Part shown: piece after piece, positions 1-7,889 of the stretch
Layout of the letters: every line of letters begins with the position of its first letter
Numbering within the stretch: position 1 is the first letter of the stretch
Assembly: GCA_965248925.1 (NCBI GenBank)
Contig: CBDFLE010000006.1
Span: forward strand, 1,088,001-1,152,000
DNA from: Candidatus Multivoradales bacterium
Lineage (GTDB): Bacteria; Acidobacteriota; Thermoanaerobaculia; Multivoradales; J023
Direction: 5' to 3'
Length of the DNA stretch: 64,000 nucleotides
Position numbers and translations under genes: made by a program
Notes under the pieces: model-generated
The model's database searches: none
The model's input: only the letters and a program-made list of their open reading frames with translations
Told to the model about the DNA's origin: nothing

Positions 1-1
1 T

Positions 2-238
2 CGATGGCAGACTACTCACGACCTGTTCAACTGTATCCCTCACGTAGTTAGAAATATTACCTTCTGCTGTGTTAGCGATGGGAACAGTGCGATCCTGAAC
101 AACTCCCACGAGGGCGTTCCATGCCCGGTTCGGGCCAGCTGCGAAACATTTGCGACGATTGGAGGTGGGCTGTTGCCGATCTTCTCGGACTCTGATTTCA
201 GTAGCTGCAGAGAGCCGTGTTTGGATCCCTTCTTCTGA
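2..238 (+). CDS. Possible 3' end of a Cys-rich hypothetical protein entering from the left edge
   Basis: Frame 2 is open from the window edge to TGA at 236-238 (RWQTTHDLFNCIPH...CREPCLDPFF*). No family recognised. Confidence 0.3.
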   Translation, partial: RWQTTHDLFNCIPHVVRNITFCCVSDGNSAILNNSHEGVPCPVRASCETFATIGGGLLPIFSDSDFSSCREPCLDPFF

Positions 239-249
239 TCCTCTAACCA

Positions 250-745
250 AGGCTCGGTGGCGGCCGGACACTGCTTGCTCGGCCGCCACCGAGCGGACTT
301 GTCTACTCAACACCAACCAAGCCTGGATCCTCGGTACCTACTCGTACCAGACCACCGTCGACACCGGCGGCGCCACCTTGCGCCGTGACACCTGCTTCGA
401 TTCCGCGACCGGCTTTTTGAAAGTGGAGCGGCTGCGCCAGGCCAACCCCTCGCCAAGCTCGGACGACGTGGTGCGCGCGATGAGCTACGTCCGCGATGCC
501 GCGAGTAAGGTCGAAACCGTGGTCGAGCGCCATTTCGGCGGAGATACGGGTGCCGTGGCGGCGCCCGGCGACGTCTGCGCGCTGAATCCGGCGCACAACA
601 CCAGCCACGTTGCCCTGGAGCACAAGTGGCGGTACGGCTCGGGCCGCTCAAGCCAATACTTGAAACTCGATGGCAGCCGCTTCCCCTTCTTCGAAGTGCT
701 CCAGACGGTGGACCGGAACACCGGCTTGATCAGCGCGAGTACAGC
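250..745 (+). pseudogene. Fragment of an RHS/YD-repeat-like protein
   Basis: Part of ORF 150-827 (TYSYQTTVDTGG...CFDSATGFL...VDRNTGLISAST) has RHS-like beta character. It has no good start or RBS and shifts abruptly into unrelated sequence near 745. Confidence 0.35.
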
Positions 746-980
746 CCCCTTAGCGGCTGGCACCGCGCCGAAAACGTCCAAGCGATCGGCAAGCACTTCC
801 TGCTCGACACCTGGCGCGACGCCATGATCTTCGTCGACTTCGTGCTCTTCACCGGCGAGCGGCTGGCCATCACCCCGCGAATCGTCATCGTCGGCCGCCG
901 GCTCAGTGTCCAGATCGGACCCCGACCCCCAGCCAGCCTGAACAGCAGGCATTTCGAATATGCCCACTCCCTCGACCTCC
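746..980 (+). pseudogene. Fragment resembling pterin-4a-carbinolamine dehydratase (PhhB/PCD fold)
   Basis: LSGWHRAENVQAIGKHFLLDTWRDAMIFVDFV...PRIVIVGRRLSVQIG...LNSRHFEYAHSLD follows the PCD pattern (LxGW...IxKxF.F..F..A..FV..V...P.I.....V.V.L.....LT..DF.LA..ID). The catalytic His residues, a start codon and a proper stop are missing. Confidence 0.35.
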
Positions 981-1023
981 CATGCGGATCCGGCGAAGAA
1001 ACCCTGAGGTCGCTGGAGCCCTC

Positions 1024-1065
1024 CCTCCGGGCCGGGCCTCTCTCCCGGCCCGGAGGCTCTTTTTT
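1024..1065 (+). terminator. Intrinsic terminator
   Basis: Perfect 13-bp stem CCTCCGGGCCGGG/CCCGGCCCGGAGG with a 7-nt loop, followed by CTCTTTTTT. Confidence 0.75.
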
Positions 1066-1089
1066 CACCCGGTCAGACCCTCACCCGAC

Positions 1090-1360
1090 GGAAAAGGTGC
1101 CAGGCACATTATCGGCCGGCGGAAAAGGTGCCGGCGGAAAAGGTGCCAGGCACATTATCCGGAAAAGGTGCCAGGCACATTATCGGGCACATTATCGGCG
1201 GAAAAGGTGCCAGGCACATTATCCGGAAAAGGTGCCAGGCACATTATCGGGCACATTATCGGCGGAAAAGGTGCCAGGCACATTATCGGCGGCGGCGATT
1301 GGCGGCGGAAAAGGTGCCAGGCACATTATCGGCGGGCACATTATCGGCGGCGGCGATTGG
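1090..1360 (+). repeat. Irregular tandem array of the 24-bp unit GGAAAAGGTGCCAGGCACATTATC (about 7 full copies plus half units)
   Basis: Read directly. Core palindrome GTGCC-A-GGCAC. Linkers are 1 to about 20 nt and rich in GGC. All copies are in the same orientation. Confidence 0.95.
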
Positions 1361-2010
1361 CCGATCCGGCTCCCAGCTACTTTGAAGCCGATCTGGTCGC
1401 GCACTGTGGCGGGTCGATGGCCGGCAGCTTCGTGCATAGCTTCGTCTTGACCGACATCGAAAGCGGTTGGACCGAGGTCGTTCCTCTGTTACTTCGCGAG
1501 CAGGGGCTGGTAACCGTGGCCCTCGACCCATTCAGTGGGCGACTGCCGGTGACGCTATGGGACCTCGACACAGACAATGACAGCGTCTTCATCAACGGCA
1601 CATTGGTGCGGTACTGCGCCCGTCACCAAATCGAGCAAACCCGTTCGCGTGCTTACCGCAAGAAGGATCAAGCGTGGGAGGAGCAAAAGAATGGCTCCGT
1701 GGTGCGACGTCTCGACGGCTACGGCCGCTTCTCCGGAATGGCGTCGGCTCATTCCCTGGCTCGGTTGTTCAATATCGCGCGCCTCTACGTGAACTTCTTC
1801 CAGCCGTCGTTCAAACTCCGAGACAAAACTCGAGTCGGTGCTAAGGTGAACCGTCGGTCCTTCGCGCCAGCGACGCCGTGTGAGCGGCTCCTTGCCCATG
1901 CCACCGTTACCGAAGAAACCAAAGCTCGACTGAGACGGTGCAGAGACGAACTCGATCCCGTCAACTTGATCAAGGGGATTCGCGACGCGCAGGCCGACCT
2001 TGCCCGGTAA
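1358..2010 (+). mobile_element. Truncated DDE transposase, integrase-core type (ISNCY-like)
   Basis: EADLVAHCGG...LTDIESGWTE...DTDNDSVFIN...TRSRAYRKKDQAWEEQKNGSVVRR...YVNFFQPSFKL. The N-terminal part is missing and both ends abut repeat arrays. Confidence 0.8.
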
Positions 2011-2114
2011 AGGTGCCAGGCACATTATCGGCGGTAAAGGTGCCGGTAAAGGTGCCAGGCACATTATCGGTAAAGGTGCCAGGCACATTATCGGCGGTAG
2101 GCACATTATCGGCG
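2006..2114 (+). repeat. Second array of the same unit, variant GGTAAAGGTGCCAGGCACATTATC (3 full copies plus half units)
   Basis: Read directly. Copies here read GGTAAAGG where the first array has GGAAAAGG. Confidence 0.95.
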
Positions 2115-2224
2115 GTTTCGAGAAATGGGCGGCGAGGGCTCTGAAAAGTTGTTTGACGGTAGAACAAAACCTACCACCGGCGCTGTAATATTCCCCCCTC
2201 CCTGATCCAACCTGAGGAAAAGCA

Positions 2225-2572
2225 ATGCTCGAGCTGATCTGCAAACGCACCTGAAGCACCTGTCGCAAGGCGGTCGCCTTGCTCGAAGAACACGGAGCTG
2301 AATACCGCTACCGTGAGTACACCCAAGAACCGCTCGATGAAACCGAGCTACGACGAGTGCTCACCCTGCTCGGTGTCGAACCGCGGCAGGTGCTGCGCCG
2401 CCGCGACCGCGCCTACGCGGAACTCGGCCTCACCGGCGAGGAGTCCGCCGACCAGCTGATCACTCACATGGCTAGCCACCCGACCCTGCTGCAAAGGCCG
2501 ATCGGCGTCCTCGGCAAGCGGGCGGTGGTCGGCAGACCGGTGGAACGATTGCTGGAGCTGCTGAACACCTGA
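2225..2572 (+). CDS. ArsC/Spx/MgsR-family thioredoxin-fold protein, probable selenoprotein (UxxC)
   Basis: RBS GAGGAAA, then ATG 2225 giving MLELICKRT-(TGA 2252)-STCRKAVALLEE, in frame with ORF 2279-2572. The C-terminus has the ArsC signature HPTLLQRPI...VVGRP. Confidence 0.85.
2265..2282 (+). promoter_or_regulatory. Bacterial SECIS-like hairpin
   Basis: Stem GCAAGGC/GCCTTGC with a GGTC apical loop starting 18 nt after the in-frame TGA. Confidence 0.75.
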
Positions 2573-2609
2573 GCTTCCGGCCTAGCGTCGACTGGCACCT
2601 CGGAATTCC

Positions 2610-2643
2610 ACCGGCAAGTCGTCAAGAGCGACGACTTGCCGGT
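2610..2643. terminator. Hairpin between the convergent ArsC-like gene and gdhB
   Basis: Perfect 14-bp inverted repeat ACCGGCAAGTCGTC-N6-GACGACTTGCCGGT. No clear U-tract. Confidence 0.55.
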
Positions 2644-2706
2644 CAAGAAGGCGACAACACGCCGATTGTGGCGAGTTAGCGCGCTGAGCGGCTCCCGCCA
2701 GACTCC

Positions 2707-5700
2707 CTACCAACCGCCACAGATCCGGCGCACCTCGCGCTCTAGCAAGCTCAACATGGCGACGTCGGGCTTGATGTTGGGGCGCAGTTCGCCGACCAGT
2801 CCGGCCAACCTTTCGATGGCTTGGGGGTGCCGGGCGAGAAAGCCCTCGACCGCCGAGCGCGGCCGGCGAGCCGCTTCGGACACCGCCCGCCGGGTGAGGT
2901 CGGCTTGGTGGTGGAAAAGGTCGAGCCCCATCGCCTTGAGCACCTGCCTTCGCCAACGACTCTTCGGGTCAGCCCTGGCCGCCCAACGGCGGATGCGATC
3001 GAGGCCCAAGCGCTCACCGAGGAGGAAGTAGATCTTGCCGACCCGCTCGAATTCCTCATCGGCAGCACGGCCAATGCGCACGATATCGCCACAGCAGGCC
3101 AGATAATCAAGAGCCGAGATTTGCTGGCTGAGACGCCTGGGAACCTTGGCCGTCTCGAAGCGCTTGCGCCGCCGACGCACCTCCGCGCGGGCTCTGGCCG
3201 GCAACAGATCCTCTAAGTTGTCGGCCAGCTCACCGATCGCCGCGCGGTAAGCGGCAACGTGTTTGGACACCTCGCGCGGTGAATCGCCATAGCGTAAGAA
3301 CCAACGAGTCGCCCGCTCGATCAAGCGGATCGAATGCAGGAATAGCTCCGCTTGCAGCTCTGCCGGTACCCGATTGTCGAGTTTCTCGATAGCCCCCCAA
3401 AGGCGACGAATGCGAAAAGCATCGCGAGCCGCGGTATAGGCCCGGGCAATGTCGGGCACCGGGAAGCCGGTGTCGCCGCGCAAGCGCTCGACAAAGGTGG
3501 GCCCGACCCGATTGAGCATGCTGTTGGTGATCGAGGTGGCAATGATCTCGCGCCGCAGCCGATGGCGCTCGGCGAAGCCGCGGAAGCGCTTGGCCACCGG
3601 CTGGGGAAAGTAGCGCAGTAGATCGCCCACCAGCTGCGGGTCGTCGGGTAGATCGGAACTGAGCAGTTCCTCGTAGACGTAGATCTTGGCATAGGCCAGC
3701 AACACCGCCGCCTCGGGCCGGGTGAGGCCGCGCTGCTGTTCTTCCCGCTCGGCCAGAGAAGCTTCGTCAGGCAAGCGCTCGAGCCGCCGATCTAGACGGC
3801 CAGCGCGCTCGAGCTGGAGCAGAAAATGGCGTTGCTCAGCCAGCAGCTCGGCTCCCTGGGCGATGGAGAGGGTCAGCGCCTGGCTCTGCAGGTAGTTATC
3901 GCGCAAGACCAAGGCCACGACCTCTTCGGACATCTCAGCCAGCAATTGATCGCGAGCCGCCTGATCGAGCTGCCCTTCAGCCATCGCCAAATCTAGGGCG
4001 ATCTTGATGTTGACCTCGTGATCCGAAGTGTCGACACCGCCAGAGTTATCGATGAAGTCAGTGTTGATGCAGCCACCGCCCATGGCGTATTCGATCCGGC
4101 CTGCTTGGGTCAGGCCCAAGTTGGCGCCTTCGCCGATCACCCGGCAGCGCAGCTCACTAGCATCGATCCGCACCGAGTCGTTAGCCCGATCGCCAACCTC
4201 AGTGTCGGTCTCCTGGCGTGCTTTGACATAAGTACCGATTCCACCAAACCAAAGCAGATCGACCGAGCAGCGCAGGATCGCCGAGATCAAGTCGTTGGGG
4301 GTCAGGCGGGTTTCGCTCAAACCCAACATCCGCTGAACTTCTGGCGACAGCTCAAGCCGCTTGGCGGAGCGCTCGAAAACCGCTCCACCGGCCGACAGCG
4401 CGCCTCGCTGGTAGTCACTCCAGGTCGAGCGCGGCAAGCGAAAAAGACGCTGGCGCTCAGCATAAGAAGGCTGCGGATCGGGATCCGGGTCGACAAAGAT
4501 CTGCAAGTGATTGAACGCCGCCAACAAACAGGTGTGCTCAGACAGCAACATGCCATTGCCAAAGACATCGCCCGACATATCACCGACGCCGATGGCGGTG
4601 AAGGGCTGCTTTTGAATGTTGTGGTCCAGCTCGCGGAAATGTCGCTTGACCGACTCCCAAGCACCACGAGCGGTGATGCCCATCGCCTTGTGGTCGTAGC
4701 CCACCGAGCCGCCCGAAGCGAACGCATCGCCAAGCCAGAAGTCGTACTCCCGTGCGATTTCGTTGGCCAGGTCGGAAAAAGCCGCCGTGCCCTTGTCGGC
4801 GGCCACCACCAGGTAGGGATCGGGGGCGTCCCGGCACACCAGCCGTGGAGGGGTCTCAATCCTCTCGCCACGACGGTTGTCGGTCAAATCGAGCAGGCCG
4901 CGAATCATCGTTCGGTAACAGCGTTTTCCCTCGGCCAGCAACTCCTCCCGACCACCGGAAGCAGGCGGCCGCTTGACCACGAAACCCCCTTTGGCCCCCA
5001 CCGGCACGATGACCGCGTTCTTGACGATCTGGGCTTTGATCAAACCCAACACTTCGGTGCGGAAATCCGCCGGCCGATCCGACCAGCGCACCCCGCCGCG
5101 AGCCACTAGGCCGCCACGCAAATGCACCGCCTCGACCGCCGGTGAGTAGACGAAGATCTCGAACTCAGGCCGCGGCTCGGGCAACTCGGCAATGCGCCGG
5201 GCCGCCAGCTTGAGCGACAGGTAGGACTTGGGACCGCCGTCCTCGGCAAACTGGTAGAAGTTGGTGCGCAAAGTCGCCGCGACGACACCGATCAAGGCCC
5301 GCAGGATGCGGTCCTCGTCGAGACTGAAGACCCGGTCGAGAGCCGCCCACAGCTGTTGCTCGAGCTGCTCGGCAAGCTGCTTCGCACTTTGCTGCCGATC
5401 CGGATCGAAGAGAGTCTCGAAGAGGTCCACCAAACCGCGGGTGACCTCACCATTGCGGAACAGGGTCTGGGCCATGTAGACCCGGCTGAAAGGCAGATTG
5501 GCTTGTTGCAGGTAGAGCACGTAGGCCCGCAGTACCAGCACCTGCCGCCAGTTCAAGCCGGTGCCCAGGACCAGCCGGTTGAGACCGTCGCTCTCGATCT
5601 CACCGCTCCACAGGCGACTGAAGGTGGCGACGAAACGGTGCTGGCAATCCTCGAGATCGACCTCCTGGCCGGCGATAACGAGTTCGAAATCGCGCACCCA

Positions 5701-7515
5701 AACTGGGTTGACGGCACCTGTCGGGCGCACCTCGAAGGGAATCTCGGCCAAGACCTTGAGCCCCAGATTCTCGAGCAAGGGCAGGAAGTCGGCCAGCGGC
5801 CTCGGCACCGCGAGTTCAAAGGTGCGCAACCTCAGTCGCGACGCCACCGCGCCCGGCCGGCGATAGAGTCGCAGCCCCAGCTGGCCCCGCCCCAGCACTT
5901 GCTCGATCACCGCAATGTCCTCCAGCGCCACTTCGGGTGAAGAGTGCTCCTGGTAGGAAGCGGAGAATGCCATGCCATAGCGCCTGAACACACCCAGGCC
6001 ACCTTCCTCGCCACCGGCGCCGACGAGCCGAGCCCGCAGCCGGTCGCTCCACGAACGCGCCGCTTCCAACAACCGCGCTTCGAGGCTCGGCAGGTCGATC
6101 TCCGGCAGTGGCCCCGACGGCAAGCGGAAGGTATAGTGCAGTTGCGCCAGCGGCAACTCAGAAATCCGCGCGCTGAACGAAGCCTGCTCGCCGGCGAAGG
6201 CTTGTTCGAGGATCTTGCCGATCCGCCGCCGCAGCTCCGTCGAATGCTGATCCCGCGGCACGTAGACGATCGAAGAAGCGAAACGCTCCAACTCGTCGTA
6301 GCGCACCAGTAGGATCACCCGCGGCCGCAAATGCAAACGCAAGATGCGGCGAGCAAAATGGTAGAGATCGTCCTCGGAGATTTGAAAGAGTTCGTCCCGA
6401 GGATAGAACTCCACCACATGCTTGAGCAGCTTGGCGTCGTGGCTGGCCGGCGGCAACGCCGCGCGCTCGATCACCCGCGCCGCCTTCAGCCGCACCAGCG
6501 GTATTTCACCCGAGGGGATGGCGTAGGCCATCGAGGTGAAAAGCCCCAACATACGGTACTCGCCGATCAGCTGGCCATCGGCGGCGAAGCGCTTGAGTGA
6601 AATCACGTCCATGTGCACCGGCCGATGGACGGTGGCGGGGTGATTTGACTTCGAAACCATCACCAAGCGGTCACTATCGAGAAAACGGGCCGCCAACTGG
6701 CCCAAGGGCTGCTCGCTGCGGGCTCGGGCTTCGAGAGAGACATGCCGCCGCACGCCGAGGCCGGATTCGGCCACCGGCCGCAGAAAGCGCTGCTCGCCAT
6801 CACTGGCCAGCCGATACTCACGATAGCCGAGGAAGGTGAAATGGTCGGCCGTCACCCAGACCAAGAAGGCGCGGGTCTCAGCCACCTCGGCGGCGGGCAC
6901 CGGCGGCGGCTGGGCGTCGAACTCACTCAGCAGGTGCTCGGCCGCTCGACGCATCAGCGGCCAATCGTCGACCGCTAGGCGAACCTCGTCGAGGATCTTG
7001 CACAGAGCGGTCTCAAGTTCTACCAGCGGCGCCTTCTGGGTCAGCTGATCGACCTGCAGGTGGATCAGCGACTCCCGGTCACCCTCGGCAGCGATCTCCT
7101 GCAATCGACCGTCGCTATCGCGGCGCACACCGAGCTGCGGGTGGACCATGAAATGCACCGCCAAATCACGCCGCGCCAACTCGCCAGTCACCGAGTCGAC
7201 CAGGAAGGGCATGTCGTCGTTGACCATCTCGATCACCGTATGGTCGCTCGACCAACCATGCTCCTGTTGGGTTGGGTTGTAAATCCGTACCGACGCCCGG
7301 CGCGGCTGGCGCGCGCGACCGAGTCGAAAATGACAGAGCACGGCGCCGCAAAGATCTGCGGTCTCCATGCCCTCGAGGTCTTCCACCTCTACGTGGGCGA
7401 AAAAGCGTCGGGCATAGCTCTCTGCCAGATTCCGCTCCGGCTCTTCGGTACGCTGCCGCAGCAGGCCGAGAATCGCCTCCAGGACCTGGTTCATCGTTCG
7501 CTGTCGAGATTTCAT
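2707..7515 (-). CDS. gdhB: NAD-specific glutamate dehydrogenase, large GDH2 type
   Basis: 1602 aa. Motifs ARGGVRWSDR, VKNAVIVPVGAKGGF, YLVVAADKGTA, GDMSGDVFGNGML, NTDFIDNSGGVDTSDHEVNIKI. Confidence 0.97.
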   Translation of the reverse strand: MKSRQRTMNQVLEAILGLLRQRTEEPERNLAESYARRFFAHVEVEDLEGMETADLCGAVLCHFRLGRARQPRRASVRIYNPTQQEHGWSSDHTVIEMVNDDMPFLVDSVTGELARRDLAVHFMVHPQLGVRRDSDGRLQEIAAEGDRESLIHLQVDQLTQKAPLVELETALCKILDEVRLAVDDWPLMRRAAEHLLSEFDAQPPPVPAAEVAETRAFLVWVTADHFTFLGYREYRLASDGEQRFLRPVAESGLGVRRHVSLEARARSEQPLGQLAARFLDSDRLVMVSKSNHPATVHRPVHMDVISLKRFAADGQLIGEYRMLGLFTSMAYAIPSGEIPLVRLKAARVIERAALPPASHDAKLLKHVVEFYPRDELFQISEDDLYHFARRILRLHLRPRVILLVRYDELERFASSIVYVPRDQHSTELRRRIGKILEQAFAGEQASFSARISELPLAQLHYTFRLPSGPLPEIDLPSLEARLLEAARSWSDRLRARLVGAGGEEGGLGVFRRYGMAFSASYQEHSSPEVALEDIAVIEQVLGRGQLGLRLYRRPGAVASRLRLRTFELAVPRPLADFLPLLENLGLKVLAEIPFEVRPTGAVNPVWVRDFELVIAGQEVDLEDCQHRFVATFSRLWSGEIESDGLNRLVLGTGLNWRQVLVLRAYVLYLQQANLPFSRVYMAQTLFRNGEVTRGLVDLFETLFDPDRQQSAKQLAEQLEQQLWAALDRVFSLDEDRILRALIGVVAATLRTNFYQFAEDGGPKSYLSLKLAARRIAELPEPRPEFEIFVYSPAVEAVHLRGGLVARGGVRWSDRPADFRTEVLGLIKAQIVKNAVIVPVGAKGGFVVKRPPASGGREELLAEGKRCYRTMIRGLLDLTDNRRGERIETPPRLVCRDAPDPYLVVAADKGTAAFSDLANEIAREYDFWLGDAFASGGSVGYDHKAMGITARGAWESVKRHFRELDHNIQKQPFTAIGVGDMSGDVFGNGMLLSEHTCLLAAFNHLQIFVDPDPDPQPSYAERQRLFRLPRSTWSDYQRGALSAGGAVFERSAKRLELSPEVQRMLGLSETRLTPNDLISAILRCSVDLLWFGGIGTYVKARQETDTEVGDRANDSVRIDASELRCRVIGEGANLGLTQAGRIEYAMGGGCINTDFIDNSGGVDTSDHEVNIKIALDLAMAEGQLDQAARDQLLAEMSEEVVALVLRDNYLQSQALTLSIAQGAELLAEQRHFLLQLERAGRLDRRLERLPDEASLAEREEQQRGLTRPEAAVLLAYAKIYVYEELLSSDLPDDPQLVGDLLRYFPQPVAKRFRGFAERHRLRREIIATSITNSMLNRVGPTFVERLRGDTGFPVPDIARAYTAARDAFRIRRLWGAIEKLDNRVPAELQAELFLHSIRLIERATRWFLRYGDSPREVSKHVAAYRAAIGELADNLEDLLPARARAEVRRRRKRFETAKVPRRLSQQISALDYLACCGDIVRIGRAADEEFERVGKIYFLLGERLGLDRIRRWAARADPKSRWRRQVLKAMGLDLFHHQADLTRRAVSEAARRPRSAVEGFLARHPQAIERLAGLVGELRPNIKPDVAMLSLLEREVRRICGGW

Positions 7516-7811
7516 CGCCGGCCTCCACTCCGCCGACGAACGCCGGCTCGGAGGCGGAGCCTAGCCCAAGTGCGACGAGGGTGGAAGACGTAGGGCGAAT
7601 CTCTTTTGGCTCCCCCCCCGGTCGTTGGACAGACACCAAAGTAGACAGTGATCTAAGAATGGCCTAGCCCACGAGCTGGGCGGGGAACCACAAAGGATTC
7701 AACCGCCGAGGGTCCGCCAGCACCGCTGCTTTATGCCACAAGCGCCGGCAACTGCCTGATACAGAAAGGTTTCTTCACTCTCGCCAAACCCCCTTGTCGG
7801 CCACCAAGAAC

Positions 7812-7828
7812 CCGGCACGTAGCTTGCT
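7812..7828 (+). promoter_or_regulatory. Putative sigma-54 (-24/-12) promoter
   Basis: CCGGCACG-TAGC-TTGCT matches YTGGCACG-N4-TTGCW with GG-N10-GC spacing, about 60 nt upstream of the 7890 start. Confidence 0.65.
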
Positions 7829-7889
7829 AAGTGTGCTGTGCATAGCGTCAATAAATACCAACCATCCCGAGATCGGGAGGAGGCTACAC

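Noticed and set aside
1090-2114. CRISPR array
   Set aside because: Repeats abut or are separated by short GGC-rich linkers. There are no unique spacers of constant length and no cas genes.
626-2268. ORFs with KVPGTLS/KGARHII/RCQAHY repeats (626-1450, 1128-1385, 1555-2268 and others)
   Set aside because: These are translations of the DNA repeat in several frames, not real repeat proteins.
2279-2572. ArsC-like gene starting at TTG 2279, or a nonsense pseudogene
   Set aside because: The upstream RBS and ATG, the UxxC position and the SECIS hairpin favour Sec read-through from 2225.
4018-5109. 363-aa ORF antisense to gdhB, and similar long antisense ORFs elsewhere
   Set aside because: Shadow ORFs expected from high-GC codon bias. 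They lie fully opposite well-supported genes.
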